Shown: positions 38,457 through 48,496, numbered from the stretch's first letter. The stretch: 50,726 bases of DNA from Verrucomicrobiota bacterium (GCA_038209745.1 JBBQXJ010000031.1:1-50726), one strand, 5' to 3'. A program made the numbers and translations. Notes: generated by a model not told the origin, from the sequence alone.

Positions 38457-39401
38457 ATGCATCACACCGACCCGAACCACTGGAAACACACCCACCAATA
38501 CGGCCAAGACACTTCGGCGGCGGAGCGGCGGACCCGGATCGTCATCGGCATCACCGCCGTGATGATGGTTGCGGAGATCGCGGCGGGATTCGTTTTCAAT
38601 TCGATGGCGTTGTTGGCGGACGGGTGGCACATGAGCACCCACGTCGCCGCGTTCCTGATCACGGCGATGGCCTACCACTTCAGCCGGCGTCATTCGGCCG
38701 ATCCGCGCTATAGTTTTGGCACGGGGAAAATGGGTGTCCTGGGCAGTTTCGCCAGTGCCGTCATCCTCGCCATGATTGCGGTGCTGATGGCCGGAGAGTC
38801 GTTGCACCGGATGTTCGCCCCGTTGCCCATCCGCTTCAACGACGCCATCGGGGTGGCGATCATCGGGCTCTTGGTCAACCTCGTCTGCGCGCTGCTCCTG
38901 AAAGGGGACCACCATCACGGCCACAGCCACGAAGGACACCATCATGACCATGACCTCAACCGTCGTGCGGCCTACATCCACGTTTTGGCCGATGCGCTGA
39001 CCTCCGTGACCGCCATCGTCGCCCTGTTCGCCGGAAAGTTCCTCGGATGGATCTGGCTCGATTCGGCGATGGGCGTCGTCGGGAGCTTGGTCGTCGCCGT
39101 TTGGTCCTACGGCCTTCTCCGAGACTCCAGCGGCATCCTGTTGGATCGCACTCCGGAGTCGTCCGACCTTCCCGAGGAGATCCGCCGCGCCGTCGAAGGG
39201 GATGGCGACTCCCTTGTCACCGACCTCCACGTCTGGCAGGTGGCAGCCGGTCGCTTCGCCGCCATTGTCGGGATCGTCGCCCACGAGCCAAAACCGGCCG
39301 GATTCTATCAGGGGCTGCTGCGGGAACACGAGGAACTCGTCCACGTCACCGTTGAAGTTCAACCGTGCCACCAGCATGAGGCGGCCGGCGTCGCCGCATA
39401 G
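38457..39401 (+). CDS. dmeF: CDF-family Co(II)/Ni(II) efflux transporter
   Basis: SMALLADGWHMSTH, YSFGTGK, His-rich loop HHHGHSHEGHHHDHDLN, AAYIHVLADALTS, DLHVW, HVTVEV. Alternative start at 38436. Confidence 0.88.
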   Translation: MHHTDPNHWKHTHQYGQDTSAAERRTRIVIGITAVMMVAEIAAGFVFNSMALLADGWHMSTHVAAFLITAMAYHFSRRHSADPRYSFGTGKMGVLGSFASAVILAMIAVLMAGESLHRMFAPLPIRFNDAIGVAIIGLLVNLVCALLLKGDHHHGHSHEGHHHDHDLNRRAAYIHVLADALTSVTAIVALFAGKFLGWIWLDSAMGVVGSLVVAVWSYGLLRDSSGILLDRTPESSDLPEEIRRAVEGDGDSLVTDLHVWQVAAGRFAAIVGIVAHEPKPAGFYQGLLREHEELVHVTVEVQPCHQHEAAGVAA

Positions 39402-39825
39402 GTCCGAGGGACAGGACGACTGGACTGGGCCGACTGAGCTGTTCAAGGACAGGCGTGCATTCCCTTCTTTCGAAAAAGCCGGAGACGACTCGGTTTTGAG
39501 AACCCTCACTCCCGGCCTCACTCTCTTTGGTGCGCAATCCTTCCGAAATCTTCGTGGAGGACGTTGCCACCATCAACCCGATCCAACCTCTCCCGCTCCA
39601 CCCGGAGCAATTCGGAAGAACCGCTCATGGGATTCCCGGCAAACTTGACGAAGGCGAGGGTCGGAACTGAAAACTTCCCTTCGGATCAAGCATGCTTCTG
39701 AAGGATTGGGAGGGAAGGACCTCGATCGAAATCCGCAGGCAAAGGCGCCGGAGGAGTTCGAGCTGGCGAAACGGATGAAGATGCCCATGGCTCGGCTACC
39801 ACCCGTTTGCTACCCGGTCAGAACT

Positions 39826-39900
39826 TGGAGGCGAGGGTCGGAATCGAACCGACGGATACAGCTTTTGCAGAGCCGTGCCTTACCACTTGGCTACCCCGCC
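39826..39900 (-). tRNA. tRNA-Cys (GCA)
   Basis: Reverse complement GGCGGGGTAGCCAAGTGGTAAGGCACGGCTCTGCAAAAGCTGTATCCGTCGGTTCGATTCCGACCCTCGCCTCCA. It folds as a cloverleaf with a GCA anticodon, TTCGA T-loop and encoded CCA. Confidence 0.97.
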
Positions 39901-40131
39901 ATCCGGAAACACGTCCCGGGAGACTATGGCTCCACGCATTCGGTTCAAGCGGAAGTTTTCGGAGGCTCGAACGCAGGCCCCGATCTGGGCCCGATCAAGA
40001 TCCCGCCCCACCACCGGGACATCGCGCCGTAGAACACATCGTCAATGGCGAAAGACGACCCCGGCGATTCCACCGGTTGGGCCGGGCTGCGGCATTGCCA
40101 ATGCCCCGCTCCGACCGTTTGAATCGCAGCC

Positions 40132-40836
40132 ATGTCGAATCGCCTCAATCGCCGCGTCTTCCTCTCGCTGCTCACCGTCCTGGTTCCCGCCCTCTGGATC
40201 GGATGCGCCACCAAGCCCGAGCCGCCCCGCATCGACACCTTCAACCGCACGACGCCCTTCCGAATCGCCTGCGTGGGCGACAGCATCACGTTCGGCTCCG
40301 GCATCGAGAACCCCGAGGTAAACAGCTATCCCCACGTGCTCGGCCTGCTGCTCGGCGACAAGTTCGACGTGCGCAACTTCGGCGTCAGCGGCGCCACGCT
40401 CCTCAAGAACGGCGACCTTCCTTGGCGGAAGACGCCCGCCTTCTCCGAATCGACGAACTTCGATCCCGATCTCGTCCTCATCCTGCTCGGGACCAACGAC
40501 ACCAAACCGCAGAACTGGAAAACGCACGGCAAGGAGTTCGCCGACGATCTCGCCGCGCTGGTGGAGCACTTCCAGAAACTCCCGTCCCACCCGCAGGTCT
40601 GGCTCGTCCAGCCCGTCCCCGTGTATGAGGACCGTTGGGGCATCAACGAAAAGCACCTGATGGAAGGCGTTCTCCCCGCGATCCAACGCGTGGCCGACCA
40701 GAAGAAGCTGCCGGTCATCGATCTCAACGCCGCGCTCTCGGACCGGCCCGAACTCTTCTCCGACAAGATCCATCCGAATGCCGCCGGCGCGAAGCTCATG
40801 GCCCAGACCATCCGCAAGGCGTTGCTCGGGATGTGA
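40132..40836 (+). CDS. SGNH/GDSL hydrolase lipoprotein
   Basis: Lipobox WIGC; blocks GDSIT, NFGVSG, LGTND and DKIHP. Confidence 0.92.
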   Translation: MSNRLNRRVFLSLLTVLVPALWIGCATKPEPPRIDTFNRTTPFRIACVGDSITFGSGIENPEVNSYPHVLGLLLGDKFDVRNFGVSGATLLKNGDLPWRKTPAFSESTNFDPDLVLILLGTNDTKPQNWKTHGKEFADDLAALVEHFQKLPSHPQVWLVQPVPVYEDRWGINEKHLMEGVLPAIQRVADQKKLPVIDLNAALSDRPELFSDKIHPNAAGAKLMAQTIRKALLGM

Positions 40837-40864
40837 TCGGGTTCTGTCCTAAAACTGGGTAAAT

Positions 40865-42760
40865 TCAACGGGCCGGCGATTCGGCGGGCTCGGACGAATA
40901 GTCGTCATCCTCATCCCGTTCCGCGGCTCGACTGGCCGGTTCGTTCTCGCGGAACTGGAGCGCGGCCAGTCTCCGATAAATGCCGCCCTCGATCCCGCTG
41001 AGTTCCTCGTGGGTGCCGGACTCGGCCACGCGTCCGTCGGCGATGACCAAGATGCGGTCCACATGCCGCACGGTCGCGAGCCGGTGGGCGATGATGAACG
41101 AGGTGCGCCCCTTCATCAGCTTTTCCAAGGCCTCCTGGATCAGCCGTTCGCTCTCGGAATCAAGCGAGCTGGTCGCCTCGTCGAGGATCAGAATCGCGGG
41201 ATTCCGCAGGATCGCCCGGGCGATGGCGACGCGTTGACGCTGACCACCGGAAAGCTTGATTCCGCGATCACCCACCAAGGTTTCATAGCCCTCGGGGAAG
41301 GCCTGGATGAAGTCGTGCGCGTTGGCCTGGCGCGCGGCTTCTTCAATCTCGGCGGCGGACGAACCGGGCTTCCCGTAGGCGATGTTCTCGGCGATCGAGC
41401 CCCCGAAGAGCAGCACCTCCTGCGGCACCATCGACATCTGTCCGCGCAACGCGGTCAGTGGATAGTCCCGCGCGTCCCGACCGTCGATCAGCAGCCGGCC
41501 CGACGACGGATCGTAGAGGCGAAGCAGCAGGGAAATGACGGTGGACTTCCCCGCGCCGCTCGGACCGACCAACGCGATCCGCTGCCCCGGCTCCGCCACG
41601 AGGCTGATCCCGTGCAACACCTCGACGTCGGCGCGGGAAGGATAGGTGAAGCGCACGTCCTCCATCCGCACCTCGCCCTTGAGCCGCGGCAGCACGACAT
41701 CCGCCGCAGTCGCCGATGCGGCGTCCACTTCGCCCGTTTCACGCAACAGTTCGCGGACTCGCTGCGTCGCGCCGACAGCCTTCTGCAACTGGCTGTAGAG
41801 CTCGGCGAACTGCCCCATGGCTCCCGCGACGAACGTCGTGTAGAGAATGAACCGCGTCAGTTCGCCGAAGGTGATTTCACCCGCCTGCAGCAGTCGCGCC
41901 CCCGACCACAGCACCAGGACGATGGACCCGAAGAGGGCGAACACGATGAAGGCGATGAACGACGCCCGCAGCAGGGCTCCCTTCAACGTGATTCTGAGAA
42001 AGTCCTTCAACCCGTCGTGGTAACGGCCCAGCTCATAGGCTTCGTTGGTGAAGGCCTTCACGTTGACGATGCCCTGCAGTGTTTCCTCCACGATGGTCGC
42101 CGTGTCCGCCAACCGATCCTGCGCTTCCCGCGCGATCCCGCGCGTCTTCCGTCCGAAGACCACCGCCACCACCGTCAGCACCGGCAGGCTCGCCAGCATG
42201 ATGCCGGTGAGCTTGAGCGACGTGGCGGCGATCAAGGCGATGCCGCCGACCAGCAGGGTGATCTGACGCAGGAACTGCGGGAGAATGGAGATCAGCGTGT
42301 CCTCGATCTGGATAAGATCGGCCGAGAGCCGGCTGGCGAGCTCGCCCACCCGGCGATTGGCGAAGAACGCCATCGGCAGCGAAATGAGCCGGGCGTAGGT
42401 GTCGCGCCGCAGATCCACCAGGCTGCGCTGGCCCACCGTGGCGAAGGACAGGGCGTGGAAGAACTGGAACCCCGCCTGCACCGCCAGAACCCCGACAAGC
42501 AGCAGCGCGGTCCGATCCACGCCCGTCATGATGCCGCCACGAACCTGATGGACGGCCGCATCCACGATGCTTCCGGCCAGATACGGGAAGGCGAGGCTGA
42601 GCAGGCTGGAAACGAACAAAGCCACCATCGCCGCGCCGAACCGTCCGCGATACGGCCGGATGTAGCGGAACAGCGCCATCACTTGCCGGAGCGACTCCCG
42701 GTCCAGCTTCGCCTTGGGCAGCTCCACTCCCGCTTGCGAATTCCGCGAATGTCTCGACAT
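40865..42760 (-). CDS. ABC exporter, fused TMD-NBD (MsbA/ABCB-like)
   Basis: Six-TM domain; Walker A GPSGAGKS, signature LSGGQRQ, Walker B ILILDEATS, H-loop IAHRL. Confidence 0.95.
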   Translation of the reverse strand: MSRHSRNSQAGVELPKAKLDRESLRQVMALFRYIRPYRGRFGAAMVALFVSSLLSLAFPYLAGSIVDAAVHQVRGGIMTGVDRTALLLVGVLAVQAGFQFFHALSFATVGQRSLVDLRRDTYARLISLPMAFFANRRVGELASRLSADLIQIEDTLISILPQFLRQITLLVGGIALIAATSLKLTGIMLASLPVLTVVAVVFGRKTRGIAREAQDRLADTATIVEETLQGIVNVKAFTNEAYELGRYHDGLKDFLRITLKGALLRASFIAFIVFALFGSIVLVLWSGARLLQAGEITFGELTRFILYTTFVAGAMGQFAELYSQLQKAVGATQRVRELLRETGEVDAASATAADVVLPRLKGEVRMEDVRFTYPSRADVEVLHGISLVAEPGQRIALVGPSGAGKSTVISLLLRLYDPSSGRLLIDGRDARDYPLTALRGQMSMVPQEVLLFGGSIAENIAYGKPGSSAAEIEEAARQANAHDFIQAFPEGYETLVGDRGIKLSGGQRQRVAIARAILRNPAILILDEATSSLDSESERLIQEALEKLMKGRTSFIIAHRLATVRHVDRILVIADGRVAESGTHEELSGIEGGIYRRLAALQFRENEPASRAAERDEDDDYSSEPAESPAR

Positions 42761-43015
42761 CGCGCGAAGCTAGCGGCGAACGGCGGCGACGCCAGAGCCG
42801 GATTCGTCGACTCGTAGCGCCCGCGTCTCGTGGGCGGGTTTGGGTGGCATCTTGCCGCCGGTTGGCTGATGCCAAGAGCTGGGATGATGGGTGATCCCGA
42901 AAGAGCCCCTCCCCCGCCCCGGCGGGGAGAAGGTGGCCGAAGGTCGGGCGAGGGGTCTTCCAACGTTCGCCGGATCCCGTTCGATACTGGGTCTGAGCCG
43001 GCACGATGCAGGGGC

Positions 43016-43176
43016 AATGAATGGGGATCGCAGCCGCCCCGGCTGCCGTCTGGCGCGCCCCGCGCCGGACCCGAACGCGCCCGGCCATACTAGGCGGTGA
43101 ATCGTTTTCCCTGCGCCTCCCATGGGCCGCGAGGGCGCGGTCCACTGCGCCCGGGGCGGGCGCGCTCCCCATCCCC
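43016..43176. repeat. About 160-bp dispersed palindromic (REP/MITE-like) repeat, copy 2
   Basis: Same-orientation diverged copy of 18262-18421. Confidence 0.85.
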
Positions 43177-43243
43177 ACGGCCTCATTCCGGATGAGAGCG
43201 AAGGAGCGGGACGCTCCTGCAACCCGCAGCCGGGACGGGTCCA

Positions 43244-43612
43244 CTACTTCTGATCAGCCAACACCTCGACCAGATAGCGCAGCTCCTGGTCCACGTCGGC
43301 GTCGTCCGGGACGGTGTCGGCGATGGCGGCGCGGACGCGTTCGCGGAAACGATTTCGCAGGCGATGGATCGCCACCTTCACCGCGCTTTCGCGCAGCCCC
43401 AGCTTCGTGCCGGCGTCGGTCTGGGACAGCGCGGCGGAATCACCGGTCAACCACGGCTTCAGCACGTCGAAGACGGACTTCTTCCCATCGGTGGCGAACT
43501 CCGCCTCCAGCGCGGTGGCGGCGCGGGTGACGATGGCCAAGGCCCATTCACGGTCGAACTGGCGGTCGGTCAGCACGGCGGTGGCGTCGGCGCGGCCGCG
43601 GCCGAGGGCCAA
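43244..43612 (-). pseudogene. ECF sigma factor, C-terminal half only
   Basis: FDREWALAIV...FDVLKPWL...LGLRESAVKVAIHRLRNRF...VDQELRYL is region 4 plus the extension of kinase-associated ECFs. Region 2 is absent. Confidence 0.78.
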
Positions 43613-43705
43613 TCATCTGAAAATCAAAAACCCGCGTGCAGTTCGCCAAGAAGTGGGCCAAGCGATGGGCGCTGAAGAAACGAAGCCGCACGCGGATCAT
43701 AATTC

Positions 43706-44440
43706 TCATGGGCCATTCGGATCATAGACTTCGTAGGTCTGGGGCTGGCCGGGTCGGGTAAAATGTTTGCGGACAAAGACCGTATTTGGCGGCAGCCCCA
43801 GAAGATCCAAGCGGTTGGTTGGATTGTTGAGGTAGAGGAAAGGGCCGCTCACTTCCATCAAAACCACGTTGCTGCTGATGCCGGATACATCGATACGGCA
43901 CGCTGCGCCTTTGCTCTCCCACTCGAAAGTGTAGTAGGGCAGCTTGAGCTTGCGGTCCTCATCATAGCCCCATTGCTTCTCCAATGTCGGCTTCACCGGA
44001 AAACCAGTCTTCTGCGGGATCAGACCCAGAGAATCCATCGCATGGACTGCGATTTCGCGGGCGGATGTCATCGTCAGGCGGTTGGTGGCCGCCGCCCATT
44101 CCTCCAAGACGCCTTGGTTGGTGGTGACGTTGCTCGTCTGGAATCTCCGGTTCCAATAAAGCTTGTCACCAAACCCGTTGAAGCGGCCGTTCAGTGCCCT
44201 GAAGACATAGCGGGAATCGAAAGCCACACTCCCCTTGAACCCGACGGGTTGCGGTATCAGATCGGGTTTTGCCGCATTGGTTGTGAAGCGAGAGCCGACC
44301 AATCCAAGCTTGTCCGCAAAGAACTGCGCATTGGTGGTCATCGTTTGAAGCGTAGCGGCTTGAAACGCAGGCGTATTGGTGGGGATGTCACCCGACAATG
44401 TCAGCACCACCATGTAGGTCATTAGATTGGTAAGGATCAT
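43706..44440 (-). CDS. Hypothetical protein coupled to the upstream secreted gene
   Basis: 244-aa ORF with an ATGA overlap; hydrophobic N-terminus; visibly more AT-rich than its flanks. Confidence 0.75.
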   Translation of the reverse strand: MILTNLMTYMVVLTLSGDIPTNTPAFQAATLQTMTTNAQFFADKLGLVGSRFTTNAAKPDLIPQPVGFKGSVAFDSRYVFRALNGRFNGFGDKLYWNRRFQTSNVTTNQGVLEEWAAATNRLTMTSAREIAVHAMDSLGLIPQKTGFPVKPTLEKQWGYDEDRKLKLPYYTFEWESKGAACRIDVSGISSNVVLMEVSGPFLYLNNPTNRLDLLGLPPNTVFVRKHFTRPGQPQTYEVYDPNGP

Positions 44441-46398
44441 GGGCCGGTAATAGGATCGTCGTAAAACAACAGGTCACGTGAGCCGTAAACGGATATGTCG
44501 GTTCCCATCTGGGTGTATGGAACACCACTTGAGTTGAGGGCGGCATCTCTGAGTGCATTCTTAAGACCATAGTAAAACCCGTCGTTCGGATCGCCCAGTG
44601 GCCAAAGATTGAAAAAGCGTTCGATGAACATTTTGTGGGTCTGGTTCAGCTCCCCGGCCACGCCGATCAGCTTCTTGTCTTTCCAACCAACGAAAGCCCG
44701 CGGTCGGATTCCACGCTTGCTGAGGAACTCCTCGCCAGCGAGGTCTTTCTTCGGGATGCCGAAGTCGAGGCACAGGTCGCCGCTCGCAGTCTCGCAGCCG
44801 TCCAGGAAGACGAAGCGGAAGGCGTGCTTGTTGCCCCCGGCCAGCGGGTCTTTGGCGTTGTTGAACATGTTCTGAAAGTCCTTTCGCGAGAGGCTGAGGT
44901 TTGGGTCGTTTGTTCCGCCGATGTTTTCGCCGCTACCGTGGCCAAAGAAGAAGAAATTCCGGACGGTCGGATTTCCGTTCACCTGGGTCAGAAGAGCCAA
45001 GCGGAGGGTATTCCAGTCACCTTGGTTCAAGCGGCGAATCTGAAATGCTTGTGGTGACTGGTCGAACACCGCATTCACGACCGATTGCCCTCCGTAGGTC
45101 GTCTGGGCTGTCACGACGGGAACGGCGACCATTTCCTGGAGATAGCCGTCCGAAGGCGTGAATTGGGGATAAATCGGCATGTAGGCGATGGCCCATTGCG
45201 TGGGGCCCCACCAGGGTTTCTCCACGAAGACCGTGTTGGTCGCCGTTTTGGACGGCCCTCCGGTCTGGACCACCTGCGGAGTCGTGGTCATCACCGTGGC
45301 GTAGGAACTGTAGGGAAAGGCCGTGCCGTCCGAGTAGGTCAGGGGGAGGCTGAAGCCGTTGCCGGCGATTCCCGGATAGACGCAGTAGCCCTGCGCGTTG
45401 ACCGATCCTGACACCTGTCCGATCCATTGGTCGTCGCCATACACGTCAAGATGCCATGTGCCGTTGGTGTGAATCGTTTGGGCTTCAATATGGAGGAGGG
45501 AGCCCGCGACGAAGAAGTCGTCCGTGAACCGGATGTCGTTCGCGACTGTAACCGTGGTCACGGCACCGGTGATCGACTCGCCGTTCGACAGTTCAACCAA
45601 GGGTGAGAGATGGTAGGTTCCGTTCGTGGCGGCGACCGTGTTCCAATCGGCGTCGAGCCACCCGTCCATCGGGACAAGGGCGAGCCCGCCGATGGCGTTG
45701 TTGGTGCCGTCCTGGCTGATCGCGAAACCAGTAATCGTGACGCTGGGGTTCGCCACTCCCGCTTCGATCTGGAGCAAACCTTCGCCGCTGAGGGACTGCC
45801 CATTTGCGAGATCAAAAAAATGCACGCCGTTGCGCACCACCCGGTAGAAGCCGCAGGTCGTGTTGGTCGAGCCGGTGGGGCCGTTGCTCATCGGCTGAAC
45901 GCCTCCGCTCAGGAGAGCGAAAGCCCCTGGCGCAGGGCGCGGGCTCTGGGCCGCCGGATCCCAAGGAAAGGGCGGCAGCTTCGGCAGGACGGGTTTCTTC
46001 TTCGGCTTCCTGGCGGAGGCAGCAGCGGTGTCGCCGGTCGCCGCCGCACCGGAGGACGAGCTTGAGGAAAAGAGCGGCGGCGGAATCTGGGAACCGCCAC
46101 CGCCGCCGGTTCCAAGCAGCGGATAGGTCACGCCGCCGATGTGGACAAACGAAGTCCAGTTGGTGCCAGCGGCCGCTGACAGGTTGGTGGAAAGCGAGGT
46201 CCACGGACAGTTGGTGTCGAAAGCTCCGCGCCACTGCACGATGTAGGACTCGCCCGCTGCACTGGGCCACGACAAGACGGCATTGGTCTGAACGACGGCG
46301 ATCTTCAAGCCCTCGATGGCGTGGGCGGTGGTGGCGATCAACAATAGGCCCAAGCCGGCGACGGCTCGTCCCCACGAACTCCTTGCGTATTTCTTCAT
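44437..46398 (-). CDS. Secreted protein with C-terminal caspase/CHAT-like (clan CD) His-Cys domain
   Basis: Signal peptide from ATG 46398 (...TAHA); FFFFGHG...FVFLDGC...AFVGW pattern. Confidence 0.75.
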   Translation of the reverse strand: MKKYARSSWGRAVAGLGLLLIATTAHAIEGLKIAVVQTNAVLSWPSAAGESYIVQWRGAFDTNCPWTSLSTNLSAAAGTNWTSFVHIGGVTYPLLGTGGGGGSQIPPPLFSSSSSSGAAATGDTAAASARKPKKKPVLPKLPPFPWDPAAQSPRPAPGAFALLSGGVQPMSNGPTGSTNTTCGFYRVVRNGVHFFDLANGQSLSGEGLLQIEAGVANPSVTITGFAISQDGTNNAIGGLALVPMDGWLDADWNTVAATNGTYHLSPLVELSNGESITGAVTTVTVANDIRFTDDFFVAGSLLHIEAQTIHTNGTWHLDVYGDDQWIGQVSGSVNAQGYCVYPGIAGNGFSLPLTYSDGTAFPYSSYATVMTTTPQVVQTGGPSKTATNTVFVEKPWWGPTQWAIAYMPIYPQFTPSDGYLQEMVAVPVVTAQTTYGGQSVVNAVFDQSPQAFQIRRLNQGDWNTLRLALLTQVNGNPTVRNFFFFGHGSGENIGGTNDPNLSLSRKDFQNMFNNAKDPLAGGNKHAFRFVFLDGCETASGDLCLDFGIPKKDLAGEEFLSKRGIRPRAFVGWKDKKLIGVAGELNQTHKMFIERFFNLWPLGDPNDGFYYGLKNALRDAALNSSGVPYTQMGTDISVYGSRDLLFYDDPITGP

Positions 46399-46735
46399 TT
46401 GTTTCCCGATCCCTGTTTGGTTGTTCCGATTGTGTTTCCAAGCACTCCAAATGCCCGGACTCGGACCTCCTGTTGTCCCTAATGCCTTGAAAGAGAGAAG
46501 GCGCGTCACAAGCGCACTCTCCACAGGGCCACGACCAAGCGGCCTTTCCGAAAGCACACCTGGACGCGCGATTTGCATCGCGCGTCGAGGAGGCTCCGGA
46601 AAATTTTGGTCGTGTTTTGTGGAAGCCCGAGTCCTCGCACTGCGAAACACTCTCTCACCGGAAGACAAGCTTCCGGCCTATGAAAAGAACTGCGTGTTGA
46701 TTAACCGACGAAGCCCAAAAGACAACGCTTTGATT

Positions 46736-47650
46736 CTACGGAACACACTCCTTCTCCAGCGTCCGGAAGACGATCTCGTCCACCCGGCGGTCCACGGCGC
46801 TCTTGGCCGACGGCGGGCCGAAGCGGCCGAGGGGCAGTTCGCCGGTCAGCATTTCGTAGAAGACGACGCCGAGGGAGAAGATGTCGGCGCGGTGGTCCAC
46901 GTCGGCCGGGTGCTCGATCTGTTCCGGCGCCATGTATTGCGGGGTGCCGAGGGCCGCGCCGCTGGCGGTGAGGGTGCCGCCGGGGACGGCGTCGCCCAGC
47001 ATCTTTGCGATGCCGAAGTCGGCGATCTTCACCCGGCCCTTGGCGTCGAGCAGGATGTTCTCGGGCTTGATGTCGCGATGGAGCACGCCTTCCTCGTGGG
47101 CGTATTGCAGGGCCTCGCAGATGTGGGGGACGAGGGCGAGCGCTTCGGCCGGAGTGAACTTCCCAGCGGCCATCGCCTGGCGGAGATTCACGCCGTCGAC
47201 GAACTCCATCATCAGGTAGAAGAACGCGCCGGCGTGGCCGTGGTCGTAGATGGTGACGATGTTCGGATGGCTGAGGCGGGCGAGGGTGCGGGCTTCGCGG
47301 GTGAAGCGTTCCTCGAAGCTGGGATCCTTGCCCAGGGTCTCCGGGAGGATCTTGAGGGCGACGAAGCGGTCGAGCTTCGGCTGGCGCGCCTTGTAGACGA
47401 CGCCCATGCCGCCCTGGCCGACGAACTCGATGATCTCCAATTGCGGGAAGGCAGCCTGGAGGACGTCGAGCGGCGGTGGCTCCAGGCGATTGGGCGACGT
47501 GGTCTGGAAGGTCGTGGGCGGCGGCGCGGCGGCGGCGGCCAACAGGCAGGCGGGGCAGAGGCCGAGAGGCGCGTCGGCCGGCAACGACGCGCCGCACTGG
47601 GGGCATTGGCCCGGGGAACCGGTCGGGGGGTTGGGAGAATCTTCGTTCAT
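46736..47650 (-). CDS. Hanks-type Ser/Thr protein kinase, C-terminally truncated
   Basis: CPQC...CPAC zinc ribbon, GQGGMGVVY, VALK, HRDIKPEN, DFG and YMAPE. It stops at RTLEKE-CVP, before the subdomain XI Arg, with no TM or sensor domain. Confidence 0.88.
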   Translation of the reverse strand: MNEDSPNPPTGSPGQCPQCGASLPADAPLGLCPACLLAAAAAPPPTTFQTTSPNRLEPPPLDVLQAAFPQLEIIEFVGQGGMGVVYKARQPKLDRFVALKILPETLGKDPSFEERFTREARTLARLSHPNIVTIYDHGHAGAFFYLMMEFVDGVNLRQAMAAGKFTPAEALALVPHICEALQYAHEEGVLHRDIKPENILLDAKGRVKIADFGIAKMLGDAVPGGTLTASGAALGTPQYMAPEQIEHPADVDHRADIFSLGVVFYEMLTGELPLGRFGPPSAKSAVDRRVDEIVFRTLEKECVP

Positions 47651-47733
47651 GCTACCGGTTCCTGAGGAGGCGTGGACGAGGGGTTACAGGGAAAATGCAC
47701 GGGAAGGAAGCGCGGAGAAAATCCGACGGCTGG

Positions 47734-48348
47734 ATGACGAACCGGATTTCGGAGAACGACTTCGACGTCGCGCTGGGAGGCCAAGTGTCCCAAGTCACCA
47801 CCGTGTTCACCGATCTGAAGGACTTCACCGCGATGTCGGAATCGCTCGCCCCCGACGAGCTGGCGGCGGTCCTGGCCGGCTATTTCAACAAGACCGCCCG
47901 CCCGATCCTCGCGGAGCACGGCACGATCATCAAATACATCGGCGACGCGATGAATCTCGCCTCGCGGCTGGAGGGCCTGAACAAGCATCTCGGCACCGAC
48001 GGGCTGCTGTCGGAAGCGACGCGGAAGCAGCTGGGTGAGGCGTTGCTCCTGCGTCGGGCCGGGCGCTTCATTCTCAAGGGCAAGGAGCATCCGGTCGAAG
48101 TGCATGAACTTCTGAGGCTGTCGGACGACTCGCCCAGACCCGCCTGGTTGGCCGAATTCGCCGCCGGACTGGCGAAGTTCGAAAACGGAGCCCTCGATCT
48201 CGCCGAGGACCAATTCCGCCGCACCTGCGAAGAACGACCCGGTTGAGATGGATTTTCGGGGTTCTACCTGAAGCAGCGCGGCGCGCACAGGCCATCGGGC
48301 ATTGATCGGGCCTCCTGGAACGGTGTCGTGCGGATGGACGCCAAATAG
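47734..48348 (+). pseudogene. Class III adenylate/guanylate cyclase remnant
   Basis: FTDLKDFTAMSE...KYIGDA is joined directly to MNLASRLEGLNK; LKGK follows. An in-frame TGA at 48244 is followed by DG..FYLKQ...WNGVVRMDAK*. Confidence 0.82.
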
Positions 48349-48496
48349 CCCTCAAAGTGGGGACCAAAGGTCGGCCGCCAAAGCCGCAGCCGCGTCTCCA
48401 ATAATATCTGGGCAGTCCCGACAAGCAGCACGATTTCGATGCCGCCGCTTGGCGGGTCTTGCCGGCCACCGGGCGGCTGCTAGGCTCTGCGCTCCG

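Noticed and set aside
39402..39825. Possible integrase remnant or att site next to tRNA-Cys
   Set aside because: No recognisable tyrosine-recombinase motif, and no duplicated tRNA 3' end found by eye.
48349..48496. TPP riboswitch upstream of thiH
   Set aside because: No conserved TPP core (CTGAGA ... ACCTG) is visible, and the space is short.
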